From the NCBI GenBank assembly GCA_018302815.1, contig JAGVZE010000015.1, positions 2,328-66,327 on the forward strand: 64,000 nt of DNA. The letters run 5' to 3'. Below the pieces are notes generated by a model. The model did not search any database. It was not told the DNA's origin and was given only the letters and a program-made list of their open reading frames with translations. Below, piece after piece: positions 20,869 through 29,243 of the stretch. Source of the DNA: Candidatus Woesearchaeota archaeon. GTDB taxonomy: Archaea; Nanobdellota; Nanobdellia; Woesearchaeales; ARS49. Position numbers and translations under genes: made by a program. Numbering within the stretch: position 1 is the stretch's first letter; each line of letters begins with the position of its first letter.

Positions 20869-20886
20869 ATATCGGTTATCCGATAT
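20869..20886. promoter_or_regulatory. Inverted repeat overlapping the TATA box of the nitroreductase gene
   Basis: ATATCGG-TTAT-CCGATAT adjacent to TTTATATA (20864-20871). Confidence 0.5.
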
Positions 20887-20905
20887 TCGCTTTTTGGTGA
20901 TTTGA

Positions 20906-21505
20906 ATGAAACTCAAACAACTCGTGATGAAGAGATACGCCACAAAGGAATTTGATGGAAAAGTCATACCTCAAGATAAAGTAAATGAACTTTTTGAACT
21001 AATACGAATGGCTCCTACCTCGTTTAACATCCAGCCTTGGAAAGTCAAAGTAGTGACTGATAAAATGACAAAGGAAAAACTCTTTCCAGTATCATGGAAT
21101 CAGAAACAGATAACTACGTGCAGCCATCTCTTGGTTTTTTGCGCCGATAATGATATTCTTGGACTTGTAGATAAACTCGAAAAAGAAATGATTGCTGCAG
21201 GAGCTTCGCCTGAATCAATTAAAGGCTACGTTCAAATGATGCGTGATTTCGCAAAAGGACTAACTCCTGACCAGGCGCTTGTTTGGGCGCAAAAACAGGT
21301 ATATATTGCGCTTGAGAACGCGATGCTGGGCGCCACTGCCCTTGGGTTCGATAGCTGCCCGATGGAAGGCTTCAATTCCGCCGAATATCACAAGATATTG
21401 AAACTTCCAAAGAATCTGGTCGCAAGCGTGCTTTGCCCAATAGGGTATGCTGCAGATAAACCACTGCCTAAACTTCGATTCAAGAAAGAAGACTTGTTTT
21501 TTTGA
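20906..21505 (+). CDS. Nitroreductase family NAD(P)H-dependent oxidoreductase
   Basis: RYATKEFD, APTSFNIQPW, DSCPMEGF, PIGY, PKLR. Confidence 0.92.
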   Translation: MKLKQLVMKRYATKEFDGKVIPQDKVNELFELIRMAPTSFNIQPWKVKVVTDKMTKEKLFPVSWNQKQITTCSHLLVFCADNDILGLVDKLEKEMIAAGASPESIKGYVQMMRDFAKGLTPDQALVWAQKQVYIALENAMLGATALGFDSCPMEGFNSAEYHKILKLPKNLVASVLCPIGYAADKPLPKLRFKKEDLFF

Positions 21506-21550
21506 ATTTTTTCAGTTAGATTTATAAATGGGCGCAGTTGCGACCCTTGT

Positions 21551-22060
21551 ATGGAGAACTATATATTGCAGAATACAGTGGGTCCGCTCGTATTATGCGG
21601 AATACAAGGAACAGTAACGACACTCACGCCTCAAATTCCTCAAGGCCAAGGAATAGAATTCGGCATCTGGCAGCAGCAATTAAGAACCTCATTTTATACT
21701 GGATTCCACCGAAAACCGCCAGTTTACATAGTCGCGGACAGAACACGCCTTGCTGAAACATCAATAATCACAATCGGACTTGACTTCAAAGTCTCAAAAG
21801 AATTAATCAAACAAGTCGCCGGCTCATTCGGCCTTTGCCCAAGACAGGCAGACAAATCATTTGAAAGACGTATCAAAATAGACCTTTCAAACCTAGAACA
21901 AATGAAAGTCGATGAGTTCACAGAACTCTCCAAAAGGACAGGCATACCACTCGAATGCGCATTCGGAATGATACGCTACGCCAACTTCTTAACAATGCAA
22001 ATGGGAGTAGAACGAGACGATGCGATGAAACGAGCGCTTCAAGAGTATGGACCGAAGTAA
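21551..22060 (+). CDS. Hypothetical protein
   Basis: 169-aa ORF, TTTATAAA box ~22 nt upstream. Confidence 0.6.
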   Translation: MENYILQNTVGPLVLCGIQGTVTTLTPQIPQGQGIEFGIWQQQLRTSFYTGFHRKPPVYIVADRTRLAETSIITIGLDFKVSKELIKQVAGSFGLCPRQADKSFERRIKIDLSNLEQMKVDEFTELSKRTGIPLECAFGMIRYANFLTMQMGVERDDAMKRALQEYGPK

Positions 22061-22083
22061 AATTTCTGATTTTAAATAAAAAA

Positions 22084-22619
22084 TACGCCGACGCCAGGAT
22101 TACTCGCAAACCTGCGGTTTGCGAGCTTTCAAATTCGCTTCGCTCATTTGAAATGAATCCAATTGTTCAAATCCCGTAACAAAGGTGACGATACAAAACT
22201 TCGTTTTTGAAATATGCCGACGCGGGGAGTCATACGACGCGAAGGATATCGCGAGGATGTCAACAACCACTCGTTAAAACAAGTGGCGTGTTTGACATAG
22301 TCACAATTAACCAATCCTGCTCGTGGTTGTTGAGCATGCTCGGAATGCCACCTAATTTGGTTTGCACAGGAGCAAACCACGATATAAAACCGGTGGCATT
22401 CCGACATGTCAAGGACTGTCATGCAGTCCGCAGATGTTCAAATCCGGCGTATAACCGCAGATTATGCTAGAACGAAGTTCTTTTGTAAAAATATATGCCG
22501 ACGCCGGGATTACACGCAAACTGCGGTTTGCGAGTTTTCAGGCTCGCTTCGCTCACCTGAAATGAACCTGTGGTTCAAATTCTTGTAGTGTCTGTTGAAA
22601 GAGCTTCGCTCTGAAAGTA
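22084..22619 (-). repeat. Array of three hairpin-rich units, each ending in a copy of the tRNA-Glu 3' end
   Basis: GCCGACGCC(G/A)GGATT-type copies at 22087, 22216 and 22497 versus the tRNA at 22621; periods 129, 281 and 124 bp. Confidence 0.9.
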
Positions 22620-22694
22620 TGCCGACGCCGGGATTTGAACCCGGGTCTCAGCCGCGAGAGGGCCGAATACTTGACCGGACTATACTACATCGGC
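22620..22694 (-). tRNA. tRNA-Glu(CTC)
   Basis: GCCGATG...CGGCC-CT CTC GC-GGCTG...CCGGG-TTCAAAT-CCCGG-CGTCGGC-A. Confidence 0.95.
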
Positions 22695-22700
22695 TTAATG

Positions 22701-22753
22701 GCCCGAAGTCGTCAGGGAACCCTTGCGCTCGGCACCGGATTTCTGACGCGGGC
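22701..22753 (-). ncRNA. Candidate GC-rich hairpin RNA in the tRNA-Glu 5' leader
   Basis: GCCCG/CGGGC and CGTCAG/CTGACG stems between the TATA box (22776-22783) and the tRNA. Confidence 0.4.
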
Positions 22754-22808
22754 AGTGCTAAAAGACCGCTATCCGTTTAAAAAGGTATCGCTCGAGATTT
22801 CAGGAAAA

Positions 22809-23174
22809 CTAATCGAATTCGCACACGGTATAACAATTCTGTCCAGTGCCGTCATACTTGCTCCTGCAGACTTTTTCGCAGTCATATTTTGCCGAAGGAA
22901 CATCAGGGCCTCCGCATCTGCCCACTTGATTGCAGTATTGCGACAAACACTGCTTGTTCTCTGCGCATAATTCGCCATCAGAAAGACTAGTCAAAGCACA
23001 TCTGCCGCTCACACATTTGGTAGGTTTTGCGCAATCGCAATCAGTTTGGCACGATTCGCCAACAACGCTAAAACCTTTGCAGGGAAAAGTGACTTGCGAA
23101 GGCTCTGCTATGGCTGGCTGTTCTATCTGTTGAGCGCACGCTGATAAAATCAAGAGCAACAAAACCCATATCAT
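22809..23174 (-). CDS. Cys-rich lipoprotein
   Basis: MIWVLLLLILSAC lipobox plus 14 further Cys in ~90 aa. Confidence 0.75.
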   Translation of the reverse strand: MIWVLLLLILSACAQQIEQPAIAEPSQVTFPCKGFSVVGESCQTDCDCAKPTKCVSGRCALTSLSDGELCAENKQCLSQYCNQVGRCGGPDVPSAKYDCEKVCRSKYDGTGQNCYTVCEFD

Positions 23175-23296
23175 GCCTTGCGTTCTTAAGGGTGCATTTA
23201 AAAGAATTTCTATTCCATTTCGCCACGTGTATACTCTGAAAGCACTTTTCAGTCCTAGCAATCAATATTAATGAATTTTTTATCAGTATTCTTGAG

Positions 23297-24034
23297 GTGG
23301 TCCTAATGACTCAACAAATAATTGAATATTCCACTTGGAAACAACAGCTCAAAACAGAACCTGCAACCGCATTGCCTCTTACAAGCAAAGTGTACGATCA
23401 AGTCGTACGAGCAGACCAGCCTGATGCTTTTGTTGGAAAACTGGCGGGCGGTCCAATGGGCGGAGTCGTTTGGCCTATCTACAACGCCATCGGCGAACAA
23501 TACCCCTCTTATGACCGTGAGACAAAAGACCTCGCACTAAGAAGCCTTCTTACAGTATTCGATTCACTCAATAAGGCAGAAGTTGATGGATCCCGCGGTG
23601 ATGGACACACAACAGGAATACGAGAACCGCTGTTATTATCTGATATCGGCATTGTCGCATTGCGTTACTGGCCTGGAATGGATGAAGGAAAACAGATTAC
23701 AGCTAAACACAAAACATTTTTGCATATTGAAAGCGAATTCATGCGCGATGGAATGTTCGATCCAACAAAAGTTCGGAGCGATTTCCTTGTAGGCTACGCA
23801 CTTTTGCGCTCAGACATGAGTAAATTAGGCGAATCGTACGTTAGCGCAGCAGAACCAGCATTCTTAGAACGGACTTTGCGCGGAATCGTCGGCCTTCGCT
23901 TCGGTGGAGCTTTGGCGGAACCAGCAGAAGGCATGGCGCGATTACGAAAACTTCTGCCAAAATCAACGCATGAACGAATAGTTCAGTATTCAACAGAAGA
24001 CGGCTGGGCAGATTATAAACAGTTCACACGTTGA
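23297..24034 (+). CDS. Hypothetical protein
   Basis: 245-aa ORF; GAGGTGG RBS suggests a start at the ATG of MTQQ. Confidence 0.65.
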   Translation: MVLMTQQIIEYSTWKQQLKTEPATALPLTSKVYDQVVRADQPDAFVGKLAGGPMGGVVWPIYNAIGEQYPSYDRETKDLALRSLLTVFDSLNKAEVDGSRGDGHTTGIREPLLLSDIGIVALRYWPGMDEGKQITAKHKTFLHIESEFMRDGMFDPTKVRSDFLVGYALLRSDMSKLGESYVSAAEPAFLERTLRGIVGLRFGGALAEPAEGMARLRKLLPKSTHERIVQYSTEDGWADYKQFTR

Positions 24035-25379
24035 ACGCGCGCTGAACCACTTCGCTTAGCGCAGGATGCACATGCACTGTATTAGCTACTTGATCAGCAG
24101 TCAACCCAGCTTTCATCGCGATTATCACTTCGTGTATGAGGATGCTCGCGTCTGTTCCTAATATGTGGCAGCCAAGAATTTTGCGTGATTTCGGATCGAT
24201 TAGCACTTTAACAAAGCCATCTTTGTCCTGAATGGCAGCGCCATACCCTGTTTGAATGTATTTGTGATGTCCTTTCAGGTATTTGATGCCTTTTTTCTTC
24301 AATTCATCTTCAGTCATTCCAACGCTCGCGACCTGTGGAGAGGTGAATGCTGCGTGAGGCATAGCGGTGTAATCGACTGGAATCTTTTTTCCGAATGCGT
24401 TCTGGATCGCCGACTGAGCTTCAAGATTGGCGCTGTGCTTGAACATCCATTTGCCAGCGATATCACCTATTGCCCAGACATTTTTTGCTGACGTTTCCAT
24501 AAATTTATTGACATTGATGAATCCGCGCTCATCAGTTTTGATGCCTGCGGCTTTGACATCAAGGAAGTCAGTATTAGGAACACGCCCTGTCGCGATAAGC
24601 AAAGCATCACCAGTTATATTTTTCTTCTTCCCATTCACAGTGTAAGAAACAATTATTGCCTTGTCTTTCTTCGCAACAGAATCAGTTGACGCGTTCAATA
24701 GGACATTGAACTTTCGCCGGTATACTTCGGTAAACTTCTTCGCTATATCTGAATCCTCATTGCCCATCAGCAACGGACCACGCTGAATGATTGTTATTTT
24801 AGTTCCAAGCGAACCAAAGAAATGCGCGAGTTCGGCGCTTATGTATCCTCCGCCGATTATGATGAGACGCTTTGGCTGTCTTTTCAGGCGAAGCGCTTCA
24901 TCTGATGTCAAAAATGGCACTTTTTCAAGCCCTGGAATCTTCGCGATAGACGGTCTTGAACCGGCGCATACAAACACTTTGTCTGCAGATATTCTTTCTT
25001 CATTCACTTCTATCTCGCGCTTGCCAACAAACACCGCGCTTCCTTTGAAGACAGTGATGTTACGTTCTGATTTGTTTCCTTTTTCTATCTCTTTCGCATC
25101 AGAATCCACTATTTTTGAAACACGAGAAACTATTTTTTTCCAATTAAGCCCGGTTACTTTTGATTTAATCCCGAAAAGCGAACTGCTGCGGATAGTCTGC
25201 ATAACATCTGCTGAATGGATAAGCATTTTTGAAGGAATACAGCCTCTGTTAAGACATGTGCCGCCAAATGGACCTGCTTCAACCACTGCGACTTTAAGAC
25301 CCTGCTTTGCCGCATAGGAAGAGATGATGAGACCTGAACCTGCACCTATAACAAGAACGTCAAAATGCCTCTTTTTCAT
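24024..25379 (-). CDS. Class I pyridine nucleotide-disulfide oxidoreductase (LpdA/mycothione-reductase-like)
   Basis: VIGAGSG, GGTCLNRGCIPSK, IGGGYI, ATGRVPN, WAIGD, HPALSE. Confidence 0.9.
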   Translation of the reverse strand: MKKRHFDVLVIGAGSGLIISSYAAKQGLKVAVVEAGPFGGTCLNRGCIPSKMLIHSADVMQTIRSSSLFGIKSKVTGLNWKKIVSRVSKIVDSDAKEIEKGNKSERNITVFKGSAVFVGKREIEVNEERISADKVFVCAGSRPSIAKIPGLEKVPFLTSDEALRLKRQPKRLIIIGGGYISAELAHFFGSLGTKITIIQRGPLLMGNEDSDIAKKFTEVYRRKFNVLLNASTDSVAKKDKAIIVSYTVNGKKKNITGDALLIATGRVPNTDFLDVKAAGIKTDERGFINVNKFMETSAKNVWAIGDIAGKWMFKHSANLEAQSAIQNAFGKKIPVDYTAMPHAAFTSPQVASVGMTEDELKKKGIKYLKGHHKYIQTGYGAAIQDKDGFVKVLIDPKSRKILGCHILGTDASILIHEVIIAMKAGLTADQVANTVHVHPALSEVVQRAFNV

Positions 25380-25477
25380 AAACTGACTGAGAGCTTATTC
25401 TCTTATAAAGTTTTGCACCCCTGTCCCGTGATGAATTTAACGCAAGGTTTTTAAACAGTCATTGGGCGTTCGAGGAT

Positions 25478-26761
25478 ATGGGTGTATCACCTCAAGAACA
25501 AGCGAAATCATTAATTTTGGCAAACCTTGCGAAGAAAGGATATCGTAAACTTCCGTTTGAGATATCGGTAGAAGAAAGGCACTTCGGTGGCTTAACGCAA
25601 ACTTCAGTACGCATACCTTTGCTTTCTCTGTGCGATTCAACTATAGTTCCTTTTCTTCTGAAACAGCTAGGAATAGTTACAAACTGCGAGTTCAGCACTA
25701 CGACCTCTTATCGCAATGGGGATGAGAACCTTGTTATTTGGTATGACTTAGGCAAGGACGCGCGTTTAGAGATAATTCGTAAAGGCGATTTAACAGATAA
25801 AGATATAGACCTTGTAGCTGATCTTTATCACGTTTGCAACGATTATGTAATACAGAGAAAAAAAGAGAAGGATAGTGATGATGATGATGCAACCGCGAAA
25901 CGTGATTCAAAACTTCTCACTATAGAACAGAAATTGACTGCGGCAGGAGCAATCGTTCATCCTCCAGGAACGCTCGATTTCAACGTGCTTTCGGGCTATC
26001 AGACACTTAAGACAGAAGTTCAAGAAACGATAATTCTTCGAATGAAACATCCTGAAGTCTACGAACAAGTCATGAAGGCGACCAGACAGCGCGAGGAGAA
26101 GCCGACAGCGCAGACAGTTCTTTTTGAAGGACCTCCCGGAACAGGAAAGACAACAATGGGACGCATAATCGCCTCGATTGTCGAATGTCCATTTATTTAT
26201 CTTCCTTTTGAACAGGTGCGAAGCAAGTATTATGGCGAGAGCGAGAGGAACTTCGGCGAAGTATTTGATTTGTGCGCAGATTATCCTCAATCAGTGCTGT
26301 TTCTTGACGAAATCGATACATTCGCAGGCTCCAGAACCGGCGATTCTAACAACGAAATATCGGCTCGCTTGCTTGGCGTGCTTCTTCGCAAAATGGATGG
26401 TTTCAAAGAGAATCGAAATGTTCTTGTTATAGGCACGACAAACCGTCCAACTGATCTTGACCCCGCGCTCAAAAGCAGGTTCAAACGAAGAATATACTTC
26501 GATCTTCCAAATTGCGTCGAACGCGCATACATATTCGAAGCTTATGCGAAACATCTCAATTCTGATGAAGTAGTGCATCTTGCACAGCTGACTGATGGCT
26601 TTTCAGGAAGGGACATATTGAACGCATGTCAAGCGACAGAAGAGCGATGGGCAAGAAACATCATCGAAGGAAAGGCAAAAGACCCAACTCCTGCCTATTT
26701 TGCTTATAAAGCAACTCTTGAGCAAAGAACCGAGAAAACGAAGGAAAAGTTAGGATTTTAG
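25478..26761 (+). CDS. AAA+ ATPase (single module, classic AAA clade)
   Basis: GPPGTGKT, SKYYGESE, FLDEID, TTNRPTDLDPALKSRF, GFSGRDI. Confidence 0.9.
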   Translation: MGVSPQEQAKSLILANLAKKGYRKLPFEISVEERHFGGLTQTSVRIPLLSLCDSTIVPFLLKQLGIVTNCEFSTTTSYRNGDENLVIWYDLGKDARLEIIRKGDLTDKDIDLVADLYHVCNDYVIQRKKEKDSDDDDATAKRDSKLLTIEQKLTAAGAIVHPPGTLDFNVLSGYQTLKTEVQETIILRMKHPEVYEQVMKATRQREEKPTAQTVLFEGPPGTGKTTMGRIIASIVECPFIYLPFEQVRSKYYGESERNFGEVFDLCADYPQSVLFLDEIDTFAGSRTGDSNNEISARLLGVLLRKMDGFKENRNVLVIGTTNRPTDLDPALKSRFKRRIYFDLPNCVERAYIFEAYAKHLNSDEVVHLAQLTDGFSGRDILNACQATEERWARNIIEGKAKDPTPAYFAYKATLEQRTEKTKEKLGF

Positions 26762-26867
26762 CCTCTAAAAAGCATACCTTTATAAAGGGGGAATGTATAT
26801 TTTTTCTCAGTATATCGAATCGAACTCGTTCTTTCGATTATAACTAACCACAACGGGGGAAAACAAC

Positions 26868-27023
26868 ATGGGATTTGGAAATGATTTCGGCGCACCGCGT
26901 GAAATGCACGACGCAAAGTGCAGCGACTGCGGCGCAGAGACAAAAGTTCCGTTCAAACCAACTGACGGAAAACCAGTCTATTGCCGTGAATGCTACGCAA
27001 AGCGAAAGCCACGCAGGTTCTAA
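26868..27023 (+). CDS. CxxC-x17-CxxC zinc-ribbon protein, 51 aa (missed by ORF track)
   Basis: MGFGNDFGAPREMHDAKCSDCGAETKVPFKPTDGKPVYCRECYAKRKPRRF; GGGGG RBS. Confidence 0.9.
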   Translation: MGFGNDFGAPREMHDAKCSDCGAETKVPFKPTDGKPVYCRECYAKRKPRRF

Positions 27024-27128
27024 GACTTAGACCGGCTTCATTTTTCTCTTTTTTATTTTTTCAACATTTTCTCTTAATTCTTAAAAGCAGTAGATTTAAA
27101 AAGTAAACAGAGCGCTCAAAAACCACGT

Positions 27129-27211
27129 GCTGTCGTCGCATAACCTGGTATTGCACAGGCCTGGAAAGCCTGACCCGCAAGGGTATCCCGGTTCAAATCC
27201 GGGCGACAGCG
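27129..27211 (+). tRNA. tRNA-Ser(GGA)
   Basis: GCTGTCG/CGACAGC+G; CAGGC-CT GGA AA-GCCTG; variable arm ACCC-GCAA-GGGT; CCCGG-TTCAAAT-CCGGG. Confidence 0.95.
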
Positions 27212-27318
27212 TATATTTTCAGTTAAATAATTTTGTTCTAATCCGCTATGTTCTTAACCGCCCGGATTTGAACATCCTCGCGATATCCTTCGCGTCGTAT
27301 GACTTCTGGCCACAGCGT
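27212..27318 (+). repeat. tRNA-downstream unit ending in a degenerate copy of the tRNA-Ser(GGA) 3' end
   Basis: GGATTTGAAC + 33-bp module identical to revcomp 22228-22260 + ACTTCTGGCCACAGCGT (13/17 to the tRNA end). Confidence 0.8.
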
Positions 27319-27348
27319 GTAGTTTAGTCAAATAATCTCTTTTCAATT

Positions 27349-27804
27349 CTACTTGCAACTCTTAATCCCAAAAACCCATCTTTTGTCCTTGTCAAGCGAA
27401 CTTTTCCAAAGAGGCAGAAACTCCTTCCAAGAATATGATTCGTTCGGACCGTGCCACGGGTCGATAAGATAAATCTTTGAAGACGTAATAGATTTAACAA
27501 CCGCATAATGTCCCACCTTTTCTTTCGGGTCAAAGAAATTTATGATAAGTTCGAACCCGTCTTTAAGCATACGATTGATTTCACTTTGCTGGGCGTTCCT
27601 TAGAACGATATAGTCCATATTTAGTTTTTCAGCGAGTTGCGGAAACTGCTTATTCCAAGTGCCGCACATAGATGACGAACCCATCAATTTCTTTAACGCC
27701 GTCTCGGACTTTTTTATTCCGAATGACGCGAGAATCATTCGCATGCAAGCGGCGCCGCACGTGTAATCGGTTTGTTGTTTGAAGAAAGGTATTTTCATTG
27801 TCAC
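27349..27804 (-). CDS. Peptidase C39-like cysteine protease (stand-alone)
   Basis: QQTDYTCGAAC, GHYAVV, LIDPWHG. Confidence 0.88.
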   Translation of the reverse strand: MTMKIPFFKQQTDYTCGAACMRMILASFGIKKSETALKKLMGSSSMCGTWNKQFPQLAEKLNMDYIVLRNAQQSEINRMLKDGFELIINFFDPKEKVGHYAVVKSITSSKIYLIDPWHGPNESYSWKEFLPLWKSSLDKDKRWVFGIKSCK

Positions 27805-27857
27805 TCTTTTTAAAAATTCATTTTCTTCTTTAAATAAAAATGTTTGGATTCAGAATT

Positions 27858-28193
27858 TCATTCTTTGAATAAATCAGGCACGGATTCTCTTACCGTGCGC
27901 TCAAGGTCTGCGATAAGTTTCGGGTCTTTGAACCTGCAATCCTCGCCGATTCCGAGACAATAAATGTTCTTTGTGGCAGGGAATCGCTTGAGTAACTCTT
28001 CTTTATGTCCATACTCCATAACAAATGTGTAATGCGCCCAGTTGAGAAGCTCTTGCGTCACGGGATTTCCACCATAAAGTCCCGCGGACTTCGTTGGAAA
28101 ATGCCTTCTGAAAACAAGCTCTGCGGTCCTGCTTCTAATCTTATTGTAGCTGCAGATGAACAGAAGATGGCTGTTATCGTTGAAGTCAGTCAT
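27858..28193 (-). CDS. Low-molecular-weight phosphotyrosine phosphatase-like protein
   Basis: LFICSYNKIRS (Cx5R), SAG, FVME, CLGIGED. Confidence 0.82.
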   Translation of the reverse strand: MTDFNDNSHLLFICSYNKIRSRTAELVFRRHFPTKSAGLYGGNPVTQELLNWAHYTFVMEYGHKEELLKRFPATKNIYCLGIGEDCRFKDPKLIADLERTVRESVPDLFKE

Positions 28194-28519
28194 GCTATTT
28201 TGTCACCGTTTTCGACTTTTCTCTCAGGAGCGAGCAAAATAGTGCCTCTCGAATCAGCCACTGCGCCAAGGATAAGAACTTCAGAAATGAACGGACCTAC
28301 CTGTCTTGGAGGGAAATTCACGACTGCAATCACTTGACGCCCAACCAACGATTCGGGAGAGTAAAGTTGGGTTATCTGCGCGCTTGACTTTTTGACGCCA
28401 AGAAGTCCGAAATCAACAAATACCTTGAACGCAGGCTTTTTGGCTTCTGGGAACTCTTCAACTTTCACAATAGTTCCTACTCGGATGTCCAATTTGTGAA
28501 AGTCTTCAATAGTTGCCAT
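28190..28519 (-). CDS. csaA: tRNA-binding OB-fold protein / export chaperone CsaA
   Basis: DFHKLDIRVGTI, SSAQIT, AVVNFPPRQVGPFISEVLILG. True start ATG 28519; the ORF-track extension reads through the tRNA. Confidence 0.88.
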   Translation of the reverse strand: MATIEDFHKLDIRVGTIVKVEEFPEAKKPAFKVFVDFGLLGVKKSSAQITQLYSPESLVGRQVIAVVNFPPRQVGPFISEVLILGAVADSRGTILLAPERKVENGDKIA

Positions 28520-28532
28520 TTTGAAAAATATA

Positions 28533-28609
28533 TGGTGGCGGTGGCGTGATTTGAACACGCGACAACCGGCTTATGAAACCGGTGCTCTGCCAGGCTGAGC
28601 TACACCGCC
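28533..28609 (-). tRNA. tRNA with CAT anticodon (elongator Met or Ile2), CCA encoded
   Basis: GGCGGTG/CACCGCC-A-CCA; CCGGT-TT CAT AA-GCCGG; GCGTG-TTCAAAT-CACGC; lacks initiator features. Confidence 0.92.
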
Positions 28610-28645
28610 GTATCGAGAACGAACGATAAAGAGTGTTTAAAAAGG

Positions 28646-29056
28646 TTATGCCAAGGCTCGCGTTATGGCCTCTTTGGCAAAGGTCATTTCTTCATTGGTG
28701 AGCTTTTGGCTCGGCCAGTGCCTAAGGCCGTCTTTCTCAAACCGTGGAATAATGTGGAAATGAGTGTGAAAAATGACCTGTCCTGCGGCGGGCTTGGTAT
28801 TGACTCCGAGATTGACTCCATCGGCTTTTACTGCGGACATCACTGCCTTGGAAATCTTTTTGGCGCGAACGATCATATCGTGCAGAACGTCATCAGGTGT
28901 TTCCAATAAGTCAGAATGGTGCTCTTTTGGAACAACAAGGGTATGACCTTTATTAACGGGAGCTATGTCGAGAAATGCGACTATCTTGTCATTCTCGTAA
29001 ACAAAATCAGCAGGAATCTCTTTCCTTATTATTTTGCAGAAAACGCAGTCGTTCAT
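28646..29056 (-). CDS. HIT family nucleotide hydrolase
   Basis: MNDCVFCKII, GHTLVVPK, AGQVIFHTHFHIIPR. Confidence 0.93.
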   Translation of the reverse strand: MNDCVFCKIIRKEIPADFVYENDKIVAFLDIAPVNKGHTLVVPKEHHSDLLETPDDVLHDMIVRAKKISKAVMSAVKADGVNLGVNTKPAAGQVIFHTHFHIIPRFEKDGLRHWPSQKLTNEEMTFAKEAITRALA

Positions 29057-29241
29057 TTCTTCGTTTTCAATACGGATTTGAGCGCATCGACATTCTCTTT
29101 GTAAGACGTCTGCCTTCTGGAATCCCATCGCAGGTTAAGCGAGCAGAACTTCTCGCAAGACATATCAGCTTCAACCATTTCCTTGCTGCTAAATCCCTTC
29201 GCTTTCCTTTGATTGCCACGGTGTACGACAATTGCTTGCAT
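29053..29241 (-). CDS. rpl13e: Ribosomal protein L13e-like (divergent)
   Basis: RKAKGFSSKEM...WDSRRQTSYKENVDAL resembles the L13e core R-x-GRGFS-x2-EL...VD-x-RR...ENV. Confidence 0.7.
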   Translation of the reverse strand: MQAIVVHRGNQRKAKGFSSKEMVEADMSCEKFCSLNLRWDSRRQTSYKENVDALKSVLKTKK

Positions 29242-29243
29242 TT

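Noticed and set aside
22084..22619. CRISPR array interpretation of the tRNA-Glu repeats
   Set aside because: Repeats are tRNA 3'-end copies with irregular 124-281 bp periods, the intervening sequences are homologous and structured, and there are no cas genes.
22144..22780. Short ORFs over the tRNA-Glu region (also 6947-7132, 27127-27327)
   Set aside because: They are translations of tRNA and repeat sequence with no protein-like features.
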